Assembly (NCBI GenBank): GCA_050291725.1
Contig: JBNKKH010000035.1
Coordinates: forward strand, 7,894-71,893
Length of the DNA: 64,000 nt
Direction of reading: 5' to 3'
Origin: Sedimenticolaceae bacterium
Lineage (GTDB): Bacteria > Pseudomonadota > Gammaproteobacteria > Chromatiales > Chromatiaceae
How positions within the stretch are numbered: the first letter of the stretch is position 1; the number at the start of each line of letters is the position of its first letter. The notes below the pieces were generated by a model. That model had not been told where the DNA came from. It worked only from the letters and a program-made list of their open reading frames with translations, and ran no database searches. Positions 49,666 to 58,727 of the stretch are shown here, piece by piece. A program made the position numbers and the translations under genes.

Positions 49666-50888
49666 TACTGCCGAGTGAGCACATGCGCACAAATGACTTA
49701 ATACAGTTTGGAGTTCGTTCCATCTATGGCACACCACAGCGCACCCTGCTTATGCTGTTGGCCATGGCTATAGGTGTGGGATCGGTCATGGTCCTGACCG
49801 CCTTGGGTGAAGGGGCCCGCAGCTATGTAACTGGCGAATTTTCTCAACTCGGAACCAATTTACTTATAGTTCTACCAGGACGTTCTGAAACCACTGGCGG
49901 TGCACCTCCAATGATGGGAGAAACCCCACGCGACCTTACTCTGGATGACGCCATAGCTCTAACCCGTAACCGCTCAATTCAACAGGTAGCACCCATTACG
50001 GTTGGCTCTGCCCCTGTCTCGTATAAACAGCTTGAGAGGGAGGTAACCATACTCGGGTCCACCTCTGATCTGCTACCGGTGAGAGAGTTAAAACTTAGCA
50101 GGGGAAAATTTCTACCGGGTGGAGACCCCAACCGAGGTGCGGCAGTTGCTGTATTGGGCGGCAAGTTAAAAAAAGAGCTATTTGGTAATAACAGAGCACT
50201 GGGCCAATGGATACGCATATCTGATCGCAGATACCGTGTAATCGGTATTTTACAAGCCAGTGGCCAGTCCCTAGGGACAGATATGGGTGATATAGCCATC
50301 ATACCTGTTGCATCTGCTCAGTCCCTATTCAATACCAACTCCCTATTTCGCATCCTGGTCAAAGGCAGAGTGCGTAGCGTTCTGTCCCAGGCAGAACAGG
50401 ATGTGCTTAGAACCATTAAAGAGCGACACGATGGAGAGGATGATGTAACAGTAATCACCCAAGATGCCATGCTTTCCACATTTGATGATATTTTTCTGGC
50501 CCTAACCATGACCGTAACCGGAATAGCGGCTATTAGTCTGGCGGTTGCTGGCATTTTGATTATGAATGTAATGCTAGTAGCGGTATCACAACGAACATCA
50601 GAGATAGGTCTACTAAAGGCATTAGGCAGCCCAGCAAAACAGATACTCCGGCTATTCCTGGTGGAGGCTTCGCTACTCTCTGTTACCGGGGCAATTATAG
50701 GTGTGGCTATCGCCTTCTCTGGGGTCTGGGTATTGGAACAGCTATTCCCTGAGTTCCCCCTATCTATTCCAATCTGGTCTTTCTTTGCTGCTATCGGCGT
50801 TGCCCTGTTCACCGGATTGCTGTTTGGGGTGCTACCGGCACGTAGAGCTGCAGCCCTGGACCCGGTATTGGCATTGTCGGGACGTTAA
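49662..50888 (+). CDS. ABC transporter permease, FtsX/MacB-type (permease 1)
   Basis: 408 aa: TM1, a large periplasmic domain, then 3 C-terminal TM helices (FtsX fold). The TTG start overlaps the ATPase stop; the ATG at 49683 is an alternative. Confidence 0.87.
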   Translation: MILPSEHMRTNDLIQFGVRSIYGTPQRTLLMLLAMAIGVGSVMVLTALGEGARSYVTGEFSQLGTNLLIVLPGRSETTGGAPPMMGETPRDLTLDDAIALTRNRSIQQVAPITVGSAPVSYKQLEREVTILGSTSDLLPVRELKLSRGKFLPGGDPNRGAAVAVLGGKLKKELFGNNRALGQWIRISDRRYRVIGILQASGQSLGTDMGDIAIIPVASAQSLFNTNSLFRILVKGRVRSVLSQAEQDVLRTIKERHDGEDDVTVITQDAMLSTFDDIFLALTMTVTGIAAISLAVAGILIMNVMLVAVSQRTSEIGLLKALGSPAKQILRLFLVEASLLSVTGAIIGVAIAFSGVWVLEQLFPEFPLSIPIWSFFAAIGVALFTGLLFGVLPARRAAALDPVLALSGR

Positions 50889-50898
50889 ACCACAAACC

Positions 50899-52098
50899 AT
50901 GTTGACTCGAGATTTTATAAAACTTGCCATCGGCTCTGTGTTTGCCCATCGCATGCGCAGTTTTCTCACTGCGCTGGGTATTGCCGTTGGGATCGCCTCA
51001 GTCATTCTCCTAACCTCTATAGGTGAAGGCATACACCGTTTCGTCTTGGGAGAGTTTACTCAGTTTGGAACCAACCTGATTGCAGTAACACCAGGCAAAT
51101 CTAATACCATGGGCATGTCAGGAGCGGTTGTTAGCAATGTACGCCCCCTGAGCATGGACGATGCAGAAGCTCTAGGTCGAATTCCTAAGGTGCTAGATGT
51201 GGTACCAGTTATACAGGGAAATGCCCAGGTAGAGGCAGAGCGCCATAGCCGTCGAACCATGGTACTGGGGGTTGGCTCAGCAGTACCTAAGGTGTGGTCA
51301 ATGCGTCCCAGCGTCGGGCGCTTTCTTCCCAGTGACGATCCACGCCATGCCCGTCCATTTGTGGTGCTTGGAAGCAAGGTCCGATCTGAGCTGTTTGCAA
51401 CAGAGAATCCACTGGGAAAACGTATACGCATTGGTAGCGAAAGCTATAGAGTCATAGGTGTTATGGAGTCGAAAGGCCAGATGTTAGGGTTTGATTTAGA
51501 TGATGCAGTATATATTCCGGCACAAAAGGCCATGTCTATGTTCAACCGCGAAAGCGTAATGGAGGTTGATCTACTGTATGCCTCTGATGCCAACAGCAAT
51601 GAGCTTGCAGAGAGTATTCGTAAACTACTTATTGCTCGACACGGCAGTGAGGACTTCACCATCATCACCCAAGATCAGATGCTAGAGACCTTGGGATCTA
51701 TTCTAAATATCCTAACCCTTGCCGTTGGTGCTCTGGGTGCAATATCGCTTCTGGTTGGCGGAATTGGCATACTCACGATCATGACTATCGCTATCACAGA
51801 ACGTACCCCGGAGATTGGCCTATTACGGGCTGTGGGGGCAACCAGAAAAGAGATACTCTCACTATTCATCAGTGAAGCCATTCTACTGGCGAGTATCGGT
51901 GGCGCTGCAGGTCTGGTATTGGGCGCAGGTGGGGCCTGGCTACTAGGAGTGGCCGTACCTGCCCTACCCACCCATACTCCATGGAGCTATGCTATTGGAG
52001 CTGAACTGGTTGCTGCTTCTATAGGACTATTTGCGGGAGTAACACCTGCATTTAAGGCGGCTAATTTAGATCCAGTCGAGGCACTACGAGCGGAGTAG
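50899..52098 (+). CDS. ABC transporter permease, FtsX/MacB-type (permease 2)
   Basis: MLTRDFIKLAIGSVFAHRMRSFLTALGIAVG... has the same architecture as permease 1. The ATG at 50899 lies 11 nt after the permease 1 stop. The ORF-track start at 50701 runs inside permease 1. Confidence 0.87.
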   Translation: MLTRDFIKLAIGSVFAHRMRSFLTALGIAVGIASVILLTSIGEGIHRFVLGEFTQFGTNLIAVTPGKSNTMGMSGAVVSNVRPLSMDDAEALGRIPKVLDVVPVIQGNAQVEAERHSRRTMVLGVGSAVPKVWSMRPSVGRFLPSDDPRHARPFVVLGSKVRSELFATENPLGKRIRIGSESYRVIGVMESKGQMLGFDLDDAVYIPAQKAMSMFNRESVMEVDLLYASDANSNELAESIRKLLIARHGSEDFTIITQDQMLETLGSILNILTLAVGALGAISLLVGGIGILTIMTIAITERTPEIGLLRAVGATRKEILSLFISEAILLASIGGAAGLVLGAGGAWLLGVAVPALPTHTPWSYAIGAELVAASIGLFAGVTPAFKAANLDPVEALRAE

Positions 52099-52105
52099 CT
52101 AGTAA

Positions 52106-53110
52106 TCACTTTTTAAACATATTCATATCTGGAACAGATAACCACCAGGTTGGCCCCATACCATAGGTATAGTCATTGCAATTATATTCTTCCGGCTGCG
52201 AATAGAGCAGCTCTACATCTGGATGTTTCTGGCAAAAGGTTACCGCGCCAACAACCTGCATCTTGGTACCATGTAACAGGGCAGTTAAATTATATTGATT
52301 TCTATATAAGGCATATATCCTAGTAAAAACATCATAGACTGCCTCCCAACCATGCGGCTTAACAGACAGTATGTTAGTTATTTTATCTGCATACCTCTCA
52401 AGGATCATTGCGTGGTTTTTAAGATACACCTCGCGCAGACCTTTTCGACACTTTAAAGTGCTCTGCATAATAACAACTATCTTATCTGGATCGACCTCTT
52501 CTATTGTTGAGATTTCACGTTCAGCATCACAACCAAGAAGCAGTATTAGTAGTGATGGTTTTTGTTCCTGTTTATCGCCCAAAAAACCTGGCACAGTTAA
52601 TACATTCTTAACCCCCTTTGTTAACCAGGTAGTACTTACTCCACATTTCTCAGTTGCATATTTTTCCGGGTCGGAATAAAACAGATATAGGGGCTTATCG
52701 CCTTTCTCTCTAAGAATAACATCAAGCAGATAGATCAGTACTCCTCTATTGAAAGTAGAAATATCAATTGCAATATAATCTGCATGATTTATGGCTTCTA
52801 ACATTGTGGGTTTGTAAGATTCAAGCAGTCCATTTTGTACACTTGATTCCACAGGTATTTGAATAGGATCATTACTAGATACAGAAGCAAAATATTGAAC
52901 TAATTTTTTATGGTTCTGCAGGTAAGCCTTAGAGCCTAAGAAGTCATGAAAATGAAAAATAAATACTGACTCAATACCATGACACCTCTCAGTAGTATTT
53001 ATAGATGCAAGAGACCTTGGTTCATAACTGGAGTGGCAAAAGAAAGCTATCTTCCCGCTTTTTCTAAACGGCGGAAAGCTATTTTGTATATTTAAAAAAT
53101 GGTGTGCCAT
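52106..53110 (-). CDS. Hypothetical 334-aa protein; possible tandem Rossmann-like (CARF/SAVED-like) sensor; family not identified
   Basis: Clean ATG-initiated ORF (AGGTGG 3 nt upstream). Two halves each carry a strand-(D/N)x(S/T)..G/F.(K/R)-helix-strand pattern: IAIDISTFNRGVLIYLL...LYLFYSDPE and YNLTALLHGTKMQVVGAV...ELLYSQPE. The region is AT-rich. Confidence 0.6.
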   Translation of the reverse strand: MAHHFLNIQNSFPPFRKSGKIAFFCHSSYEPRSLASINTTERCHGIESVFIFHFHDFLGSKAYLQNHKKLVQYFASVSSNDPIQIPVESSVQNGLLESYKPTMLEAINHADYIAIDISTFNRGVLIYLLDVILREKGDKPLYLFYSDPEKYATEKCGVSTTWLTKGVKNVLTVPGFLGDKQEQKPSLLILLLGCDAEREISTIEEVDPDKIVVIMQSTLKCRKGLREVYLKNHAMILERYADKITNILSVKPHGWEAVYDVFTRIYALYRNQYNLTALLHGTKMQVVGAVTFCQKHPDVELLYSQPEEYNCNDYTYGMGPTWWLSVPDMNMFKK

Positions 53111-53388
53111 ATTCCACCTATACGATAGGTGGGCAACGCGTAAGGCATTCCTACTATATGCTATAACTATTTATCTAATGTTTATTTTTCCACTCATGGA
53201 AACAAACTGCGTTTTCCATGTTGCCCCTAGTGTTCACCCGATCAGAATTATCGTTATAATATTGTATTGTTGTGTTATCTGGCCGGATTATACATTAAAA
53301 CCACTACGTTTTCTGTAGTTATTTTATCGTTGTACTATCTTGAGTGGAAAATATTTGCCAACTATAACTTAATAATAAGTTGTTTTTT

Positions 53389-55158
53389 CTACGAGAAAAG
53401 ATTCCTTAACCAACCCTTCTTCTGATGTTCAACTGACCCTTTCTCATTATGACTATGGCGGACTGGTCGCACTAGAAAATTCTTCATACACTGGTTACAA
53501 ATCTGTCTATACAGATCATTCGATTCTTTGAGTAAGGCTTCCTTATCGTGAATAAAATAGTCTGTCGCGCTATCGGTAAAGGCATCAGCAATCTTCTGAA
53601 ACCCTTCAAATGTTTCTGCAATTACAAACTGGAGAGATTGGTTACCCAGAAACCCCAGATCGTCAATCATCTCTCTGAGACTCTTCTCCTCTTCACTCTT
53701 AACCATAAGATTTTGCAGACGCAACTTTAGAGCCTCATTAAACATAGTAAATTGGGTGACTTTTTCATCATCTGAACTGGTTAAACTTTGATCTATCACC
53801 TCTTTCAGTTGGGCTATATTCAGAATCAGATGGTAAGTACTTAGATCAGATATATACTTACGCATAGTAGTAAAATCTACCTTCTGCTCAGTATATTCAA
53901 GGAATTCGCTATTTGAATAGAGGATAGAGTAAATCCTTATCCAATCAGTTAGGCGCTCTACCCCAACCGATGTAGACAAACCTAGAGAGGTGCGCTCCAG
54001 TTCAAGAAACTGTTTCCCCGCTGCAGCCTTCTGCAATGCTGGGGATATTTCGAACACTCCATCCAAACCGATAATCTTCTCTTGGGCAATCCTGATATTC
54101 TCTTTATCCTCACTATTAATCATGCTGGTATCTTCTGCCAGTTGGCTAAGATACTCTTTAGTTATAGCGAGTTCAGATTGAATTCCATTGTGGTATAGCT
54201 TCATGCGATCTTCAGCATGGCGATACTCGTCAATGAAGGTTAGTGCAAGCTTCTTCAATATCGCCTGTTGATCATGGTTCACTAACAGCATCAGATCTTC
54301 CAATATATCTCGAGCATTCTGCGTTAGTTTTGATGGACACCTATAGCCCCAAATTCTACTAATGATCTTCACATATGCTCGAAAGTTATCATCTAGCAGA
54401 ACATCATGCTCCTTTATATGACGAAACAGACTATTAACCGCCAACCTAAATTTAAGTTGCTGCAGTATAGTGGGCTCAATTCCAGTATTCAGATAGTGTT
54501 TAAACAGGACCTGCTCATCATCCTCACTATCTTTCATTCTGATAGTACTGTCCTGTTCCTCTGGCTCACCACAGGCAAACACTGCCATTAAATATGGCTT
54601 GATGGTTAAATATTTATAGTTTGATTTTATCTCGCGCGTCAGTCGCTCAATCAATCTTGAACAGGTCGTAGCATGTTTCAGAGGAAAATTACTATATTTT
54701 TGGAGTACGGCTGATACGACTTGGCGCCCTTTTTCAATCCTAATCAGATCATCTCGGTATTGCTTTACCAGATCGTCAGACAGTTTTTCCACATCTCTTT
54801 GCTTATATCCAGCACGCACCTTAAGCAAGAACTCTGAAGGCATTTTGGTACTGATGTATATATTTGAGAGTTCTGCGCCAAATTGTTTTTCTAGCTCCGC
54901 AGATATATCCAAATAGGTAACATTAGCAAATTTATCACTGTTATCTTTTAGACTGTTTTCCACATCATCTATTAGAACAGTTGCTATCTCCTCTAGCTTT
55001 GCACTTGCAGAGGCAATTTTGTGTTCATTACACAACTGATTGAAGAAGGCTGAAAACTCTGGAGCATGCATATAATCCTTAATAGTGCGAATTACGGCAT
55101 CTACATCTCTGTTGATATAGAGCTTACGTAACTCCTCTTTGAATTGACTTATCTCCAT
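53389..55158 (-). CDS. Hypothetical 589-aa protein, apparently all-helical and soluble; no family recognised
   Basis: Long uninterrupted ORF in an AT-rich region. It has no Walker A, no TM segment, no signal peptide and no catalytic motif I can defend. It is co-oriented with and upstream of the 334-aa ORF. Confidence 0.6.
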   Translation of the reverse strand: MEISQFKEELRKLYINRDVDAVIRTIKDYMHAPEFSAFFNQLCNEHKIASASAKLEEIATVLIDDVENSLKDNSDKFANVTYLDISAELEKQFGAELSNIYISTKMPSEFLLKVRAGYKQRDVEKLSDDLVKQYRDDLIRIEKGRQVVSAVLQKYSNFPLKHATTCSRLIERLTREIKSNYKYLTIKPYLMAVFACGEPEEQDSTIRMKDSEDDEQVLFKHYLNTGIEPTILQQLKFRLAVNSLFRHIKEHDVLLDDNFRAYVKIISRIWGYRCPSKLTQNARDILEDLMLLVNHDQQAILKKLALTFIDEYRHAEDRMKLYHNGIQSELAITKEYLSQLAEDTSMINSEDKENIRIAQEKIIGLDGVFEISPALQKAAAGKQFLELERTSLGLSTSVGVERLTDWIRIYSILYSNSEFLEYTEQKVDFTTMRKYISDLSTYHLILNIAQLKEVIDQSLTSSDDEKVTQFTMFNEALKLRLQNLMVKSEEEKSLREMIDDLGFLGNQSLQFVIAETFEGFQKIADAFTDSATDYFIHDKEALLKESNDLYRQICNQCMKNFLVRPVRHSHNEKGSVEHQKKGWLRNLFS

Positions 55159-55268
55159 TTATATTTCCATTAATATCCACAAAGTCTATGTCATAAACTA
55201 TTGTCGGCTATTTAGTGGCTAACTTGAGATCAAAACCATATCACCCTATCCAGTTAATCAGATGGTGA

Positions 55269-57275
55269 TTAAACCAATATCCCCTTAGATTGCAACACTC
55301 TAATCTGATCTCGCACTGCTGCTGCCTCTTCAAACTCAAGATCTCTGGCATGCTGGTACATTTTCTGTTCTAACTGCTTGATCTTTCGGCTCATTTCAGT
55401 TGCGGACAGAGACGCATATTCCAGCTGTTCCTCAGCGACCATGGCATACTCTTTGGCGGGTACCGGCGCTCCAGGCCTTGCTCCCTCCATCACATCTTTT
55501 ATTGCCTTCTGTACACTCTGAGGTGTGATGTCATGCTCCAGATTAAAGGCGATCTGTTTATTTCTGCGGCGTTCAGTTTCATCCATTGCCCTCTGCATGG
55601 AGCCAGTTATCCTATCAGCATATAGTATAGCCTTGCCGTTGATGTTTCTGGCAGCACGGCCAATTGTTTGAATCAGAGAGCCTTCTGAACGTAGAAACCC
55701 CTCCTTATCTGCATCCAGTATAGCCACCAGGGAGACCTCAGGCATATCCAGGCCTTCCCGCAGAAGATTGATCCCCACCAGAACATCAAACTCGCCCAGA
55801 CGTAGATCACGGATAATCTCTACCCGTTCTACAGTATCAATATCTGAGTGCAGATAACGCACCCGCACCCCATGTTCATTCAGATAATCTGTTAGGTCTT
55901 CAGCCATGCGTTTGGTCAGAGTGGTAACCAGTACACGCTCTTGCACCGCTACTCGTTTATGTATCTCCGAGAGCAGATCATCCACTTGGGTAGTAACCGG
56001 GCGAATCTCCAGATCAGGATCTACCAGTCCGGTGGGGCGAACCACCTGCTCTACCACCTTACCAGAGCGGTTTAGTTCATACTCCCTGGGTGTGGCGGAG
56101 ACGTAAATGGTCTGGGGGGCGCGCGCCTCAAACTCCTCGAACATTAGGGGGCGATTGTCTAAAGCCGATGGCAGCCTGAAGCCATATCCCACCAGATTCT
56201 CCTTGCGGGAACGATCACCCTTGTACATGCCCCCTACCTGTGGAATAGATACATGGCTCTCATCTACAACTAGAAGAGCATCATCCGGCAGATAGTCCAA
56301 AAGAGTTGGAGGTGCCTCACCAGGACCACGACCAGACAGATAGCGCGAGTAGTTCTCGATTCCAGAGCAGTAGCCCAACTCCAGAATCATCTCCATATCG
56401 TACATAGTGCGCTGTTCCAGGCGCTGCGCCTCCACCAGTTTGTCATTTTCCCTAAAGTGCTTCAGCCGCTCTTTTAGCTCCTCTTTGATCTTATCCACAG
56501 CTCCCAGCAGAGTCTCCCTGGGAGTTACATAGTGGGATTTGGGATAGATGGTGTAACGCGGCATTTTACGCAGCACCTCTCCTGTGAGGGGATCGAACAG
56601 CGAAATAGACTCCACCTCATCATCGAATAGCTCTATGCGTACAGCCTCTCCACTAGACTCCGCCGGATAGACATCTATAACCTCACCTCGTACGCGGTAG
56701 GTTGCGCGGTGCAACTCTACATCATTGCGACTATATTGCAGCTCCGCCAGACGCCGCAGAATAGTTCTCTGGTCTATGCTCTCCCCTCGCACCAGATGCA
56801 GCACCATGCTCAGGTAAGCTCGCGGATCGCCCAAACCATAGATGCAGGATACGGTAGCCACAATAATTGTATCTGGGCGTTCCAATAGGGCCTTAGTGGC
56901 TGAGAGACGCATCTGCTCAATATGCTCATTGATAGAGGCGTCTTTTTCAATAAAGGTGTCTGAAGAGGGTACATAGGCCTCTGGCTGGTAGTAGTCGTAG
57001 TATGATACGAAGTACTCCACTGCATTTTCCGGAAAGAACTCCTTCATCTCTCCGTATAGCTGGGCTGCCAAGGTCTTATTGTGGGCTAGAATAATGGTTG
57101 GGCGCTTGAGCTCCTGAATAACATTAGCAATGGTAAAGGTCTTGCCAGAACCGGTAACCCCCAGTAAAGTTATCCCCGCCTCTCCATCTGTCAGGCCATC
57201 TATCAGCTCCAGGATAGCCTGAGGCTGATCTCCTGCTGGTGCAAAATCGGCAACTAATTCAAAATCTTTTGGCAT
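55269..57275 (-). CDS. uvrB: Excinuclease ABC subunit B
   Basis: 668 aa; [10 protein letters not shown] Walker A, DESH box (VVDESHV) and a C-terminal UVR domain ([13 protein letters not shown]). Confidence 0.97.
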   Translation of the reverse strand: MPKDFELVADFAPAGDQPQAILELIDGLTDGEAGITLLGVTGSGKTFTIANVIQELKRPTIILAHNKTLAAQLYGEMKEFFPENAVEYFVSYYDYYQPEAYVPSSDTFIEKDASINEHIEQMRLSATKALLERPDTIIVATVSCIYGLGDPRAYLSMVLHLVRGESIDQRTILRRLAELQYSRNDVELHRATYRVRGEVIDVYPAESSGEAVRIELFDDEVESISLFDPLTGEVLRKMPRYTIYPKSHYVTPRETLLGAVDKIKEELKERLKHFRENDKLVEAQRLEQRTMYDMEMILELGYCSGIENYSRYLSGRGPGEAPPTLLDYLPDDALLVVDESHVSIPQVGGMYKGDRSRKENLVGYGFRLPSALDNRPLMFEEFEARAPQTIYVSATPREYELNRSGKVVEQVVRPTGLVDPDLEIRPVTTQVDDLLSEIHKRVAVQERVLVTTLTKRMAEDLTDYLNEHGVRVRYLHSDIDTVERVEIIRDLRLGEFDVLVGINLLREGLDMPEVSLVAILDADKEGFLRSEGSLIQTIGRAARNINGKAILYADRITGSMQRAMDETERRRNKQIAFNLEHDITPQSVQKAIKDVMEGARPGAPVPAKEYAMVAEEQLEYASLSATEMSRKIKQLEQKMYQHARDLEFEEAAAVRDQIRVLQSKGILV

Positions 57276-57387
57276 AAGGGATTCTTCTTACAGCAAGGAT
57301 TAGCTATCATTAGCTCTTACGAACATGTTGTTAGTCTACTATCAAGGAAGTGTTTTCTACACCGTTAACTACTGGAATCTTTAAATA

Positions 57388-58575
57388 ATGAGCATAAAAC
57401 TTTCATCTCGCGTTCAAGCCGTGAAACCATCTCCAACCCTAGCTGTTACCTCCCGTGCGGCAGAGATGCGCGCTGCTGGCAAAGATATTATAGGACTGGG
57501 GGCAGGCGAACCTGACTTTGACACACCTGATCATATTAAACAGGCAGCCATTAAGGCCATAAATGATGGGTTTACCAAGTACACCCCAGTAGACGGCACT
57601 CCCGGTCTGAAACAAGCCATTATCGAAAAATTTAAACGGGATAACGGTCTGGAGTACACAGCAGAAGAGATTCTAGTCTCATCTGGTGGTAAACAGAGCT
57701 TCTACAATCTGGCCCAAGCTGTTTTAGATAGCGATGATGAGGTGGTAATACCTACCCCTTATTGGGTTTCATATCCCGACATGTCAATTCTGGCTGGTGG
57801 TGTGCCGGTTTTTGTCCACGCAGATGAAAAACAGAGTTTTAAAATCACCCCAAACCAGCTCAAGGCGGCAATAACAGACATGACTCGCCTGGTGGTACTC
57901 AATAGCCCATCTAACCCTACCGGTATGGCCTATACGCTTGAAGAGCTAGAGGCCCTAGGCAAGGTGCTGCGCGAATTTCCAAAGATTGTGATTGCCACTG
58001 ATGATATGTACGAACATATCCTTTGGGATGATAAGCCTTTTGTGAATATCCTCAACGCCTGCCCAGACCTGAAAAATAGATGTCTGGTGTTAAACGGCGT
58101 GTCCAAAGCCTATTCCATGACTGGATGGCGCATCGGATATGCGGGCGGACCTGCCGCGATCATCAAGGCCATGAAGAAAATTCAGTCTCAGAGCACCTCA
58201 AACCCGGTCTCAATCTCCCAGGTTGCGGCCCAGGCTGCACTAGAGGGTCCGCAGGATTGTATCCAAGATATGCTGGTACACTTCAAACAGAGACACGATT
58301 ACGTGGTGGACCGCCTTAACAAGATAAATGGCGTAACCTGTTTACCCACAGATGGGACTTTTTACTGTTTTCCCAACGTTCAGGCAGCAATAGAGCGCAT
58401 AGATGGTGTAAAAAATGATGTGGAGTTGGCGGAACACCTGATTGAACATGCTGGGGTAGCCCTAGTACCTGGCTCTGCTTTCGGTTTATCCGGCCATGTG
58501 CGCATATCAATAGCAACCAGCCAGGAGAACCTGACCAACGCCCTAGACCGCCTGGAGCAAGCTCTGGGAAGTTAA
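57388..58575 (+). CDS. aspC: Aspartate/aromatic aminotransferase, class I PLP-dependent
   Basis: LGAGEPDFDTP, NSPSNPTG and SKAYSMTGWRIGY (PLP-Lys). It is divergent from uvrB, as I recall for Pseudomonas. Confidence 0.88.
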   Translation: MSIKLSSRVQAVKPSPTLAVTSRAAEMRAAGKDIIGLGAGEPDFDTPDHIKQAAIKAINDGFTKYTPVDGTPGLKQAIIEKFKRDNGLEYTAEEILVSSGGKQSFYNLAQAVLDSDDEVVIPTPYWVSYPDMSILAGGVPVFVHADEKQSFKITPNQLKAAITDMTRLVVLNSPSNPTGMAYTLEELEALGKVLREFPKIVIATDDMYEHILWDDKPFVNILNACPDLKNRCLVLNGVSKAYSMTGWRIGYAGGPAAIIKAMKKIQSQSTSNPVSISQVAAQAALEGPQDCIQDMLVHFKQRHDYVVDRLNKINGVTCLPTDGTFYCFPNVQAAIERIDGVKNDVELAEHLIEHAGVALVPGSAFGLSGHVRISIATSQENLTNALDRLEQALGS

Positions 58576-58598
58576 CAGCTGAATCATCCATCATTTAA

Positions 58599-58630
58599 GG
58601 AACCTCCAGATCTGGGGGTTCCTTTTTTTT
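58599..58630 (+). terminator. Rho-independent terminator after the aminotransferase gene
   Basis: GGAACCTCCAGA/TCTGGGGGTTCC stem (one G-T pair) followed by TTTTTTTT. Confidence 0.78.
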
Positions 58631-58727
58631 ACTCTCATAGATAGACTAGCAACAACGCCTAGAGATTAGGCGGAAGCGACAATTAACTGCGCAAGGATAT
58701 GCGCACAAACAAAACGAGGGAACGTAC

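Noticed and set aside
50318-50812. 164-aa minus-strand ORF inside ABC permease 1, with similar ones at 49979, 51060 and 51675.
   Set aside because: They are antisense to FtsX-type permease genes whose frames have clear TM and periplasmic-domain architecture.
50701-50898. N-terminal 66-codon extension of permease 2 given by the ORF track.
   Set aside because: The extension lies inside permease 1 in another frame and is Cys/Ser/Leu-rich nonsense. The ATG at 50899 gives the typical MacB/LolC-type N-terminus.
53389-55158. Rx4-6H strings (FRHIKEH, DRMKLYH, RPVRHSH) in the 589-aa protein, read as possible HEPN RNase motifs that would pair neatly with a CARF-like neighbour.
   Set aside because: About two such strings are expected by chance in a protein of this size and composition, and their context is not the usual R-(N/H)-x-x-x-H at a helix N-terminus. 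It remains a testable idea only and was not used for the call.
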